Part shown: piece by piece, positions 37,322-51,290 of the stretch | Layout of the letters: every line of letters starts with the position of its first letter | Position numbering within the stretch: position 1 is the first letter of the stretch | Assembly (NCBI GenBank): GCA_951406725.2 | Contig: OX597818.1 | Span: forward strand, 106,516,001-106,580,000 | Direction: 5' to 3' | DNA length: 64,000 bases | From: Octopus vulgaris | Taxonomy: Eukaryota | Translations under genes and position numbers: made by a program | The notes under the pieces: generated by a model | What the model saw: only the letters and a program-made list of their open reading frames with translations | Databases searched by the model: none | What the model was told of the DNA's origin: nothing

Positions 37322-40300
37322 CTAAAACATGAATATTCACCAAGCATCACATTACCACATTTATCAAAAGTTAATATTAATACCAAGAGAATGCATGTGT
37401 ACAAGTGTGTGTGTGTGTGTGTGTGCCTCATACACATATAACGAATCTCATTTATAAGTACTACAACAGATACACATTTCTTTATGTAATCATACTCTGA
37501 CATTAACATATACACTCAAGTGTGATAAATGCAAATATTCTCTCTCACACACGCACACAAATATACATGCACGTATATTTGCATACAGTTACTCACTCCC
37601 TATTCACAAACGCTAAAAAAAATACCTCTCAACTCAGTGGGGACCCTCTCATAATATCTGGAAATTAAAATTACCAGTACTTAAATGAACATTTTCCTGG
37701 AATCAGCATTATTAAGTGCTAGACACATTTATCGGCTATATAATTATTTCTAAGAACTTTTTCATTTAATAAACATAATACAGGCAATAATTTAAATTTG
37801 CAAACAGGGATTAAATAAAAATGTTGGTAGCAGTAATGAAAATACAAAATTTCAACAACATATCGTGAATATTTTTCTTTTTGTTTTGAAAACATTCTCT
37901 GAGTCAAGAAAAAAGGTTAAGAAATACATGTTTCAAATATTTTGGATTCATAAAAAATGATATTGATAAATAGAAAGCTTTCAATTTACAACAAAATATA
38001 TGTAAACACCTCACTATATGACACATACAGACACATGTTAGACAGTGACACACCAACATGCACACTCACGCACACACGTGTGCAAATGTTGTCAAATATA
38101 AATGATTAAACAGTCGGACTTTTGGGGAAATATGCAGTAAAACATTGTGTTTTATCACATTTCAAGTTATGAACTAAATGGAAATATTTCTAAATGAGAC
38201 ACCAAGGAACATTGAACATTCATTTGCAAAAGTACAGTATTTCAAGAGTAATTGAGAGATAAATCTTTCCATTTAACAAAAGTTAATGATAAATAATGTG
38301 TTGGTGTGTGACTCATACATACAATAAATCCCATCTGTAAATACTCCAACAGATATTGAGTATGTAAGATATTTTTCTGCCACTTGGTTTCCTGGTAATT
38401 GTAATAATTTACAATAAACATTGACTGAATGGTGATATCAATTGAATATTGACTTTCAACTAACAACAAAAATAATAACAACAGATTTCAGAAAGTTGAA
38501 AGTCTTGTCAATCAGCCTTGATGTATCATTAATATATCGCTATTTGATATATTTGGTTCTTCCTTAAAGAGAAGATTCAATGGTAGGCTTCAGAGGGATA
38601 AGGTAGATGCTAGACTACAACGCTGCACTACAATGGCTACTGAAATAATAACAATAAAGGTGGTACCTTATATTAGTCCACAAAGTCATACATATTTAGA
38701 AGAGAACTATAACCAGTTCAACTAACAACTGTATGTGGTATATTACTGGTACTTTATCCCCAGCAGGGTTTAAAATGAATCTGTAGAAGACAGAAGTATA
38801 AACCGTAGAAAATTTACTCTGGTACATATCATTTGTGAATGGTTTCTAACAGAGGTACAAGGTCATGCATTTAGAGGAGGAATGCTTGATAAAACTGACG
38901 CTAGTCCTTGACTGGTACTCATTGCAGTAAGCTTATGAAGGGTCATAACTAAATACCCCAAGATATTTTGTCTGCTACTCTAAAATTTCATGTATTCCAG
39001 ACAAACAATACTTGATTGTTTGAAGTTGTGGAGAAGAGTAAATAAGAGATTGTAGTATTAAATAAATTATTAGTGAAGACACCTAACTCGGTTAGTTTAT
39101 AACTTCGTTAACATAAAAGAATGTCTGCGATAAGATCCAAACTAACAATCCATGAGTTACACGCCTGACGATATTTACTGATAATAACATTAATAATCTT
39201 CAATATTGGGTCATTAAATATTTCATTCCAATATGGAGTTCTGTAACTCAAACCTAACTGTTGGAACTTATATACATATATCATCATAAGTCTATACCGT
39301 TACTTGTCATAAGGTAAAAGAAACTAAGATTATGGCTCAATTTTCATGAGACATTGTGTAATTGAGAGAAAAGTCTTTTTTTGAAGATCTCTATGCACAC
39401 ATCACTTACTTTATTGCTATTATTTGGGCCCAGGTAAGCTTTGATCGAGGAAACCAGTCAGTAGAGGCATTCAGGCAAGGCATTCCTGTCATGAACAGCT
39501 TGTCTTTTCGTTTTAAGAAATAATATACTTAGCATAATGTATCTAAACAATGTGTCCTTCATTTTAAAGACAACATAACTTCAGATTTGGTTTCCCTTTC
39601 TAGCAAGTTGTTTCAGCTGCAGAGACATTCTTTATTGGTTTGCAAATATTGATGGAAGCTTAAAGCTGCTGACTTCCTAGACCAACCAAACAGGAAATGA
39701 GTGTCCAGTGTGGCAGACAGCACTATTGTACCATTGTCTCCGGTGTAATATCACTTTACGATTATAAAGTAGAATTGATATCCATTACTTAAGTAAATAT
39801 CCAGCAGAAAGAGGTCAGCTAAAACATTTAGAATTTAGACTTCTCTCTAAAGATACAAACCTCCATGAAAGAATCAATAACTGGTGCCAATAAATATCCT
39901 ACCAAACTAAACAATATTAAATACTAATCATCCTCTTGCAATAAAAGAAAACAACACAGCAACAGCCACGAGGGAACCAAGCAGCCATTTGCAATCTCAA
40001 CAATGACCCAGATATTTATCAGTGAATCAAAAATGCCCAATGTCCTCCTACCACCAAACCAAACCAAAATACTTGGTAACATTCTGCAATAGCATCCACA
40101 CACAATGAACCAAGTGCCACATGTAGTAAGTGTAAAAACAGAGCTGCAGATTCAAAAAGGACTTCAAAAACAATCTTCTTTTTATAAATTTGATGATTTG
40201 CATCAGCAAAGTTCTTGCTTACAGCATAGAAATTTCCATTTTCTTATTGATGAGCTGGGTTTCATGTACAACATATCTACAGTGAAAAAATGAAGAAAGT

Positions 40301-41599
40301 TGATGGAGGGTGTGAGTTCTGGGCACATCATACTGCATCAAGCTTCCTCGTTCTTTCCCTGTACAAGCACCATTTTGAAAAAATTACCCATGTCTAGACT
40401 GCAGTTGAGACAGATTGAGTGTATATTAACAGACCGGATTTCTTCAACATCTTCACCTTGGGATCCCAGTAGTTATGGCGTTGTTCTCCATGCAATGCAG
40501 CATACAAAAATGAAATCTTTTCTCTACTGACACTTGAATAGAAAAATTTATGTGGATTGGACTTGATAGGACTTCAGCATTTACAGAATTATTATTCCAT
40601 ATGAGTGACAGAGCATGAACACGATAATTTCACTCAACTCTACCGAATTTCAAACTATTCTGACGTGTGCTGTTCGATTTCCTGTCCTCATTTTCTCTTC
40701 ATTCACAACTAACTTCTTCGAGTCCCTTTCCTTAGGGTTTCCTTTCCTTCCACATTGTTCAATTTGCTTTGTCATTTAAGTGTATATTCATCAAGAGAAA
40801 TCAGCTGAAGAAGTCACGTGATATGAAACCAACAAAATGCATGGCCAAGCAACAGAATTTGGCCGTGCATGGCTGCACATTTTTCAAAGTAACAAAATAA
40901 ACAGTCACACGAAAGTAAGCAAACAGAACACATGCTATATCAATATGAAACATAATAATAAAAACAAGGTCATGTGACACCGTATAAAGTAAATCATTGG
41001 AAAATATAGTGTTGTGAAAATAAGTCAGATGATTGTATGTATCTTGATATTTGTAAATTTTTGATGTTTTTCAGTTGTGTAATAATTGAGGATTTTAGTG
41101 ACTATAAGCTTTATCATATTTTCATATGACAAAGAAAAAAGGGTGCTTTTAAATATATCTCTCTGAGAAATATTTCTTCTAACTTGATCTTTAAGCTAAA
41201 AATATAACAGAGGGTGGAAATCAATTTCGAAGTAAGTCTTTAGCCAATGTTTAAAACTATCGTCTGTAATATTAATATACAACATACAAGCATGTCTACA
41301 AAACACCAAACAAACACACCTCCCTGCAAATATGATGAGATAAACAGTAGCATGGAGGAAGAGAATTATCGTTTTCTTGCTAATAGTTACAGGACAGGAA
41401 TACTTTTTTTATCAGGAAATCAAGGAAATTAACATATTTCATTCAAATCACCTTATATATATATATTTTTTAAACACTTTCTCTATTTGTGAATGAACCT
41501 CTCTCTCTCCCTCTCTCTCTATATATATATTATACATATATTATACATATATATCTATATTATGCATATAAAAGAACTATATTTATATATACTTTATAT

Positions 41600-42045
41600 A
41601 TCATCATCATCGTTTAACGTCTGCTTTCCATGCTAGCATGGGTTGGACAGTTTGACTGGGGTCTGGCAAACCAGATGGCTGCACCAGGCTCCAATCTGAT
41701 CTGGCAGAGTTTCTACTGAAGGATGCCCTTCCTCACGCCAACCACCCCGAGAGGGTAGTGGGTGCTTTTACGTACCACCGGCCCGAGGGCCAGTCAGGCA
41801 GTACTGGCAACGGCCACACTCAAATGGTGTTTTTTATGTGCCACCTGCACAGGAGCCAATCCAGTGGCACAGGCAACGACCACGCTCAAAAGTGCCATAA
41901 AGGCAACACTGGTAACGATCATGCTTGAATGGTGCTTTTTACATGTCACCAGCACGGGAGCCAGTCAGCAGCTCTGACAACGATCACGCTTAGATGGTGC
42001 TCTTAGTGCTCCACTAGCATGGTATGCCAGTCATCGAATTTGCAT
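41600..42045 (-). mobile_element. RTE 3'UTR fragment with tandem sub-repeats
   Basis: (cat)n cgtttaacgtctgctttccatgctagcatgggttggac..., with several ggcaacga(c/t)cacgct.aaatggtgc units like those at 3100-3270. Confidence 0.85.
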
Positions 42046-42389
42046 TTTTATGCTCACTTTCTATGCTGGCATGGGTTGGGCACACACACTCTCTCTCTCT
42101 CTCTATATATATATTTATATATTACAACTACACACTCATACATGTCATCACATGTCATTACTAACAAATGAACATCACATGTTCATTAGTCATCGTATGT
42201 CATTCAATAATCAACAAACACACACACACACACACAGAGAAAAACCCTCTTGTTTAGTTGTAACCAGCCAAGATTATACTGAACGTTTCTCAAGTAGGTT
42301 TCTGCTAGTCTTTTACCTGTTACTATGACAGCAATACAATTCCACTGAAAATTAAGGTATTTAAATAAATTTTTGATTTTGATTTTTCA

Positions 42390-42570
42390 AAGCTTAGTGC
42401 TTATTCTATTCGTTTCTTTTGCTGAACTGCTAAGTTACGAGGATGTAAATACAGTGCAACACTGGTTGTCAAGCAGTTGTAGGGGACAAATGCAGAGACA
42501 AAAACAACCCACCCCCCATATATACAATGGGTTCCTTTCAGTTTCTGTCTATTAAATCCACTCACAACTT
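42390..42570 (-). mobile_element. SINE family 1 fragment
   Basis: ctgctaagttacgaggatgtaaat...ggttgtcaagc...ctttcagtttctgtctattaaatccactcacaa; matches the 59406 copy. Confidence 0.7.
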
Positions 42571-43692
42571 CTTTGTGTAAAAAGCAAAACATAGCCATAC
42601 TGAGTGAGCGTTCTGCTTAATGTCTGACTGACTTTATATATAATAATGCAAACATTAATATGAAGGTGAATGCATGTGTATGCATCCCTATGTGTGTGTA
42701 TGTGTATACATACATACATGTATGTATGTACATATATGTGTGGAAAGAAATCAAGTATCTGATGTCATGGCCAGAGAAAAAAAAAAGAAAACAAACATTT
42801 CAAATTTTGTTTGTTCATAACATTTCTCCATCTGTCGCAGATTGTGTGTGTATGTGGATGTTCTTCTTATTGAGAGAGAGGAAGACAGCTAGAGATGGAT
42901 GCAGATCTCTATGTGTGATGTGTGCATATAGCCATGGTCATTAGGATGTTTATTTTCTCTTGGAAATAACACAGAAATTGATTTGAATATAAGAAAAAGT
43001 TTACGATGAAACTTTTTAGAAAAGAGAGAAAGTAAAATAAAATAAAGAAAAGTGTTTTAATAAAATCATTTCATAAGTGAAATATTAAAATATTAGAATT
43101 GTTTAATTACAAATCTAATTCAAAATTATATTTTGTGAAGTATCATACATGAAAAAAAGATAAAAGTTGTAATTTTAATAAAATGATATTACTTATAAAG
43201 AATTGCAAAGTAGTACAAGAGAACATAGTTTTTTTAATTTTGGTTTTCGAAAACTTCTTTGAAACAAAGAGGCATGTCTAGCAAGGTTGATAGATATTCT
43301 CATAACTTTGTGAATAAAAATCAAAAAGATTTCGTTATGAATTATTTAACTTTAAAAATTACAAAGTTTAAAGTTTTCTGACTGCAATCATCATGTTTAT
43401 TATGTTTAACTTCCGTTACTCCTGTGCTATTGACTTCATTTTAGTTATCACCGTGACTCAAAACTTCTCCAAGACTACAATGGTCAGGTGAAGTGCTAAC
43501 ATTAAGGAAAAGTCTTTAGTCGTTTTAGTTTTTCTTTTAAAGCCTTTTTTTTTTCAGTTTAATAAGGCAGAATTTAACAGTTGGCATTAAAGTTTCTTCA
43601 TCTGGAGTTGTAAATGTAGGTTCATGAAATAAATCAGATGAAGAGGAAAAAGAAATGCGAAGTAAAATGTGTTTTGGAATTAAATGTTTTAA

Positions 43693-43908
43693 CCCTTTAG
43701 CGTTCAGATTATTCTATCAAATTATTCTATTGATTCCCATTGATTTGAATTAATCATGCATTATCTCATATCTTCAAGATCTTGATGGTGTAATTATTTA
43801 ATGTAGAATAACATTGTAGGGTAGGTGTGAGAGCCTGGATCTGGTCAGTTTGAACATAAAACAGATTAGCTATTTTGGCCGGATATGGCTGGTTTAAATA
43901 CTAAAGGG
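43693..43908. mobile_element. piggyBac-type MITE (second family)
   Basis: TTAA at 43689-43692 and 43909-43912; TIRs ccctttagcgtt / aatactaaaggg. Confidence 0.85.
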
Positions 43909-44160
43909 TTAAATATCAGAAAATAATTAACAAAAGTACGATTCAGATTTATGTCAATGAATTGACACAAAATAAATAAATTTCAATGAATATCTTACAA
44001 AACACTTGAAGAATATCAAATTGCATGAATGATAATTCCTTAAACACACACACAGATTAAATAGATTCTCTGGTGATCAAAATATTCCAGCTGTTTGATC
44101 AATAGAACTTCAACCTCATTGACTTATCATGTAAGTGACCAAGTATTCCACAGAAGTTTG

Positions 44161-44630
44161 CATCATCATCATCATCATCATCATTACCATCATTTAACAT
44201 CTGTTTTCCATGTTGATGCGGGTTGGATGGTTTGATTGGAGCTGGCCAGCCAGAGAGCTACCCAGGCTCAAACTGTCTGTTTTGGCATGGTTCCTACGGT
44301 TGGATGTCCTTCCTAACACCAATCACTTTACAGAGTGCACTGGGTGCTTTTTACACAACACCAGCACAAGGGATGTTCAGCTGGGGAGGGATGCAGGAGA
44401 GAAGCCTGTATTGAAAGGACAACCATGCTTTTACTTAGCTGGGTGTGTCTTCTCAGGTTCAGCAAACTGCCAGAGTCTCAGTCCTGTCATCCTCTCAGTG
44501 AATACCAACATCTGTAGACCTTTCTCACCCTAATTTTGTCCCATATCTTCCTGGGTTTACCCCTTCCACATGTCCCCTTTACAATTTGAGATTGGCACCC
44601 CTTGATACAACTGTCTTCATTCATACAACA
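44161..44630 (-). mobile_element. RTE LINE 3' end fragment
   Basis: (cat)n tail, RTE 3'UTR, and the reverse complement of the ORF2 end (g..RGKPRKIWDK). Confidence 0.8.
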
Positions 44631-45309
44631 TAATCCTCGAGCAGGCTGTGTAACAAGACTGGCTATACAAACTAATATTCACCTTTAGCTTTTGATTTCA
44701 TTGTAAATCTCAATGATGACCACATATTTGTCAAAGATCTGATAATTCTATCATTTAATAGCCCCCACCCCACTCGCCTCTCCTCAACAGGATTATCCTT
44801 AAATATAATAATTTTCCTTTCCATTATTTCTTACAATACATAAAATCCAAGAATACTGTATAACAAATATCAGCACTGACTTTTGGTTGAGAATTCCTGT
44901 ATACAGATGATTTAGTCTCCTGTATAGAATATTAAGAACTCTTATCCGCACTGACTTAGTTCTCATAATCAAATTAGTTAAATGTGAAGCAGGATTGAGA
45001 GGTCTAACAAGCAGACCTAGCAAAAACAAACATTTCAGTTGACCATATGGGAACTGGTCATGGTTAATATGCTTTGTAGTGCAGCCTATAGTTGCACAAA
45101 AGGTGAAATGGACTCCCAGACTGGACACTAGAAAAAAAGGGTATCATATACAAAAAAATGTACTGGAGTAGCTGTGAAAGAACTCCAGAAATTAAGTCTT
45201 ACATTAAAAATAGTTAACAATTTATAATGAATGTGATCTAACAAGTAGTTGAACATGTGACAGGAAGTATATAAATGGAGAAAGTTCAGAGAATCCCTAC
45301 TTTTGATGG

Positions 45310-45760
45310 TTATAAAAATCTCTGTTTAAATGAAATAGAAATGGTGTAATACTTCTGTACAAAGTACAATGTCACACGATAGAAAAAGCATAGGTGTGAA
45401 TGCAGAGAATGTGTAAAGGCTGGAAAGTTATGAACCAAACATTCTTTGATGGATGTGTAACATCAGTGTGCACATATGACAAAGCACAGATGAGATGAGA
45501 GACAAAAATGGGTATAGGAAATGAAGCTGTAGTGTGCAAGAGATAAGCTTTGTTGGCACAGCTATGAGATATGTATGAAGTGTTTTACAATGCAAGTGAG
45601 AAGAAAAGAGTGGAGTGTATATATGGTGAGGACTAGAGGAAAAGATTGATGTGTCTACATGGTGAGGACTGACTTCAGGATGTAAAACGTAATGTAGTAA
45701 GAGTTGACAAAGTGTTGCAGCAATTGGTAAGATGCTGTGCTGGAGTAAATTTGTCTAATT
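45310..45760 (+). mobile_element. Highly decayed RTE ORF2 C-terminal fragment
   Basis: gtgaatgcagagaatgtgtaaaggctggaaag...gatggatgtgtaacatcagtgtgcac...tgtagtgtgcaagagataag aligns by eye with 2590-2760. Confidence 0.55.
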
Positions 45761-47352
45761 CCACCAACATTCTAAAACAAGCCTGGTGATATTGTCATAG
45801 GATGTGTTATATAAAGTTGTACACAGCAGTATCCTGTACAGATGGACAATCTTGTCACTCAGAACAGAGAATAACATTTGGCTAAACAAATTTCCTAAAT
45901 GATAGCTACATTTTTGGGCTTTTTTTTTTGTTAAGATTCTGTAAGTATGAAGAAAGTAATCAGTTAAGAAATGAACAGAACAACAGAATGTAGCAGTGGC
46001 CAAACAACAAGCAACCGATTCCTTCATTCACAGAAACATGTTAAATGGGTTAATGAAAGATATTTTTTGTACAGATAGTGATGTTGTTACAACAATTTCA
46101 AAACTTTAAAGTTCGGTCACTGACCATGTTGTCTAGAATAAAATAATTGATTTTATAAAATAGTAATAGGAAGTGATAGTGTAAAGTATAAAGTGAAGCA
46201 CTTTGGTCCATTTCTGTGTAGTGTATGAAATAGTATGGAAGAAGTTGATAATAAGTTATGGTTCAGTTAAGTAGATAGAAACTATCAATGTTTTGATTAA
46301 TTTTCTTGACCTTAAACATTTATTTAAACTTGGTTTCAGAGAGATATAATTATAAACCTTTCCCTTTTTTCTCTACAGAAAAAAAAAGAAAAGAAAAATA
46401 ACAGAAATTTCAAATAATCAGAAGTGTATTGCAAGAATTAATTGGTTTGATAGAGATCAAATTTTCAGCACCTTTTGAAAGGTCAAATATTTATAATCAA
46501 ACACAAAGCTAATGTTGTTAGCACATAAACAGGTCAGACAGGAAACCAAGGGAAAAAAATGTATTTTATTTTCCTCACATATTGAGCAACAGAGATTCTC
46601 TTGTACATGGCTGGTTTATTTAACATTTAATAGAAACACAGTACTACGCATTACAAATATTAAAGAAAAAAATACTCAAGGTGTGTAAGAAAATAAGTAA
46701 ATCAATTTACAATCCTGTAAATTGCATTTTTTACTTGAAACATTCTCGGTCAAAATTCAAAGCTTTAATTGGCAAATTTGACATAGAAAGGTAACTAGCT
46801 AGAGACCTCTACATTTAATGATGGAAATCCTGGATTGGAAAATACTATAATAAGAAACAAGCTTTCCTTCAGTTTTGTAAATAAATAGTAATTATTTCTA
46901 ATTTAGTGACAAGGTCAGCAAATTTGGGGTGGGGTGGGCGGTCAGTCAGTTTCTCAGACTCTAGACTGACATTTTGTTTTCATTGGAAAAATGAAAGGCA
47001 AAGGTGACTGTAGAGAAATTTGAACTCAAAACATAAAGAACCAAAACAAATACTGCAGTCACATTTTTCTGATGCTTAATGATTCTGCAGGCTTGCAATA
47101 ATGATGATGAAAATTACAAGAATAATAACATGAATAATGATTTTTACCACAATGATTCCATAGACTGCAGCACTCAACTGGTGGACTTATTTCATTGACC
47201 CCAAAAGGACGAAAGGTAAAGACAAGCTTTGTGGAATTTGAATTTAATACATAAAGATAGATGAAATAGTGCATTTTGCTTGGTGTGCTAATAATTTGGT
47301 AAGCTGACCAGCTTCATAATGATAATATGGATTTTGTAAAACTATGTATTAC

Positions 47353-47402
<50 letters not shown>

Positions 47403-48884
47403 TTTACCATTTTAATGTTTACTATTCAATGCTTGCTTGTGTCTTGAAGAAATTTGCTGAGGCTGATTTTCTATCACTTGATACTCTTCTTTTCATCAAT
47501 CCTCACCTATTTCCAAGCAAGATAATATTTCTGCTAGGCTGGACATGTTTTGCATGGAAGATGGTAAACAAATAACACTGTATTTGTCTGAGTAGGGATT
47601 TAGTTTACAAGAGGCCTCTTTTAGTTTCGTTTCTACAAAATTCACTCTTAAGGTATTATTTTTATTCAACTGAGGGCTATAATAGGAAACACTTGCTTAA
47701 GGTGCACACTGTGGGTCTGAACCAGAAACAATATAGTCACATACTGACCCTCATGACTGCATGCTCATGCTTCCCTCTCCCTCTCTCTCTCATATATGTA
47801 TCAGGTGCAGTCATGGCTGAATGGTTTAAAAGTTCAGGTTCAAAGCATGTGATTGAGAGTTCAAACCCACCACATAAAAGCTATTGGCTGTTGTTCTCTG
47901 CCATATTTGCAGCTTGATCAATACCTTGTGGGGGAAATTGCGAGACAGAAACTGAAGAAGGTCTTCATATATCCTCATCACTATTTTCACTTCCACTTTT
48001 TTCATGCTTCACCTGTTTCCAACGAGGGAAACCTTTTCCCCCATGGCCAGACATGTTTATCCAGAAGATTGGAAATGAATCACACAGTGTATATCAGAGA
48101 GACAATTGATTAACAACTATCATGTGATGTCAAAATAGATAAGCGATTCCTTTTTATAGAATTTGTTACATTTCTCTATATACAGATCACTGCCTTTTAA
48201 TATCTTTTTATCAATTTGCAAAAGTATTATGCGGTATTCTAGAATCTTCCTCTCTTCACTAGACATCCGCACTTAGAGATATCTGCTCTATTTCTTATAG
48301 AGTACCTGTTTTATGAGAGAATGCAAATAATTATGGTTTTAGCAGAAACATACAGTCTGTTGCCAAACACGATTAGAATGTTATATGAACAAAACGCTAT
48401 GTATGTTGATGTTAAAATCTGTCTATCAAATCATAGATGCATTATGTCTACCTAATAACCATGACACTACAAAATCAGAAGAATGGGCTGCAGGACACAG
48501 GGTTATCATATAAATCACAAAATATTTCTTAACATTAACTTTTGTAACACCTTTCATTATTTACAAATTGGTTTTAATTTACTTTATCTTTTGTTGCCCT
48601 TATATTTTATTTTCAATTTAATTTTAGTTTATTTCCCTTTATTCCTCGTTAATAATTTTTAATAATTCAAATGGTAGATTTTAATCTTAATTCATTCCTT
48701 TTTCCTTTTACTTTTTCACTGCATCACAACAAGGGAAGTAAGTACAGGGTGACCCCCAAAAAACAGAACTCATAAAGATTTTATTGAATCCCACAAAGGT
48801 CCAGCAAATTTCTTGAAATTTGCTGGACTTAAACTTTGTGATTTAAATTCTGGTTACAAAATTGCTGATCTCCAACAACATGAA

Positions 48885-49356
48885 ACTTTAGGTACAAGAA
48901 TGGTAACAATAAATATGATCCTTACTTGAAAAACAGGTATAAGTTAGTGTCAAGAAGAGCATCTAGTCATAAGATATTTCCATTTTATAGTCAAGGTTTT
49001 GTTGAAAAATAATATTCTGAAGTGAGGGACAATTTAAATTATTCTAGATTTTAGGCTCGGAAAATCAATGGCCAACTTAGAAACCATTTAGCTTATTTTC
49101 CACTGGAGGCAATATTTAGTACTTTAGGTACCAGAATGGTAACAATAAATATGATCCTTAGTTGAAAAACAGGTATAAGTTAGTGTCAAGAAGAGCATCT
49201 AGTCATAAGATATTTCCATTTTATAGTCAAGGTTTTGTTGAAAAATAATATTCTGAAGTGAGGGACAATTTAAATTATTCCAGATTTTAGGCTCGGAAAA
49301 TCAATGGCCAACTTAGAAACCATTTAGCTTATTTTCCACTGGAGGCAATATTCAGT
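48885..49356. repeat. Near-perfect 236-bp tandem duplication
   Basis: 48885-49120 and 49121-49356 differ at four positions by eye (acaag/accag, ttactt/ttagtt, attcta/attcca, tttagt/ttcagt). Confidence 0.95.
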
Positions 49357-50065
49357 TTAAACAATAGTCCTTTGAGCTTTTTATGTTTTAGCTCTTATCA
49401 TTGTTTTATTCACTTGTCTAATTAATAAGTGACAGTAAAACCATTGAGTCTGACACAAAGAAAGTGGCAGTGAGTACAGTGAATGGAAGAAATTATGTAA
49501 ATACACCTTACAATAAAATAAAATAAATTCACCCATGATGAAAAATTAAAAAACAAAACAAGACATTTATCAGTAATTTTATAATTTTGACTGAAATTTT
49601 TCTACATCCCCATCAAAGTCTATTTTACATGAATGTGCAATTATTTGACAATTTTCTTTTCCATGTTGATGACATTATGAAGTTATATAATACACCTTCA
49701 TGGAAGTTGGTTTTCCTTTTCTGAATTATCTGAATTTACTAAAGATTTCTTTTGGGAAATGTCAAATTTAAAGAATTTAAGATATTGCCAGGTTTTAATC
49801 AGTTATTACAAGTACTTGATGTTATTTCTGTTCACCTCTTTGAAATGAAGAAGTGAAGAAGGCTTTAATGAGAGTATTTGCCATTCTCTATGAATTGGCA
49901 ATAAGTCAAGATTCTGAGTTGTTTAGAGCTCCAGGAGGTTGTTTAGAAGAGAAGTGACTGAGATTTGGTGACATGTCTATCTAAAATATATTATTAGTGA
50001 AGTAAAGGAAATGATTACAATCAGGATTTAGAGTGAAGTAATCTACCTGCCTCTACATAAATGTA

Positions 50066-50682
50066 TCAGGTTGAGTAAAAGGTAAGCAACGTTTTGAACC
50101 ATGAAGAATTTGCACCAGACTTTTTCAGAGTTTTGAATTTTTTTTTTAATCTATTTTTGCAATTGTCTGATAATACAATCATAAACTTGCCCAAAAACAT
50201 CAATAAATTAACAGTGATATTTTTTTCCACCGTTGTTACAATCATCTGAAATGGAACTCTTAAAGCTCGATATTCGAGCAATTTTGCTAGTCGACTTCAA
50301 AAAAGGACATAAAGCAGCTGAAACTGCTTGCAATATCAAGGAAATGTTTGGTGAGGAAACAACCAGTGAGTGGTCAGCTCGAAAAGGGTTTAAACGATTT
50401 CATAGTGGAGACCTGAGCCTTGAAAATTGTGAGCACCGTGGATGACCATCTGTCATTAATGACAGTAAATTGAATACCACCGTTGAGAAAGATCCATGTA
50501 AAACCACTTGAGAACTGGCAAAAGAACTTAGAACTCAAGTTTGCCAGAAAACTGCCTGCAACCATTTGTATGCAATCAGAAAATCAAAAAAGCTCAACAA
50601 ATGGGTACCACACGATTTGAATGGAAAGCAGAAAATGTGCAGATATGAAATTTGCTCATTGCTTCTTCTGTGTAACCAGACC
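50066..50682 (+). mobile_element. 5' half of a mariner element (left end and decayed transposase HTH/linker)
   Basis: TA|tcaggttgagtaaaagg left end; IRAILLVDFKKGHKAAETACNI..FG....FKRF.SGDLSLE...RG*PS; DP..TT*ELA; KKLNKWVPHDL..QK..R.EICS.LL (WVPHEL motif). Confidence 0.9.
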
Positions 50683-51290
50683 AATTTAATTCATTGCATC
50701 CAGTGTAAACTATGGACACATAAAAAATGCAGTGAAATTACAGGTGGAATCCCAAATAGATTAGAAAGTGTTGTCTTTTTATGTGGCAGATGTGCAGTAA
50801 CAATATGCACAAGGGACACACAGGAATTAGACTTTCTCAAATGCCCAGAAGGCTCTCTCAAGGTTGTAGATAGTTTTTGTTACCTAGGTGCCCAAATTAG
50901 AATAGGATGGAGGATGCTCTGAAAGTATTGTTGCTAGAATTAAGAATAGGATGGAGGAAGTTCAGAGAGTTGTTACCGTTGTTGGCAACAAAAGGACTCT
51001 CTCTCAGAGTGAAAGGTAGATTGTATGATGCTTGTGTATGAATGGCCATATTCCACGATAGTGAGACATGTGCTCTGAATGCAGAAAACTATCTTTGCCT
51101 TGCAAGTTACTTGGTGACCCCCACCAGTGCTGGTGCCACATAAAAAGCATCCAATCCCCTCTGTAACATAGCTGGCATCAAGAAGGGCATTCAGCTGTAA
51201 AGACCCTGCTAAAACAGACAGCAGTAGCCTTCTGCCTGGTCAGCTTCAGTCAAAGTCTCCAACCCATGCCAGCATGGAAAACAGACATAC
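50683..51290 (+). mobile_element. RTE LINE fragment (third copy) abutting the mariner
   Basis: NLIHCIQCKLWTHKKCS..VFLCGRC..LKVVDSFCYLG, WRKFRELLPLLATKGLSLRVKGRLYDACV, then a deletion to the RTE tail. Confidence 0.9.

Noticed and set aside
39150-39252. tgagttaca..ctgacga...tgtaactca hammerhead-like arrangement
   Set aside because: No GAAA in the required position; the pairing could be chance.
40100-40990. Moderately GC-richer region with short ORFs, possibly a decayed DNA transposon or Crypton
   Set aside because: Only a faint ALHGEQRHN similarity; no termini or coherent frame identified.
43445-43487. 43-nt plus-strand AG..GT micro-exon candidate (similar one near 11789-11818)
   Set aside because: Such short candidates are expected by chance in AT-rich DNA; no linking frame or other support.
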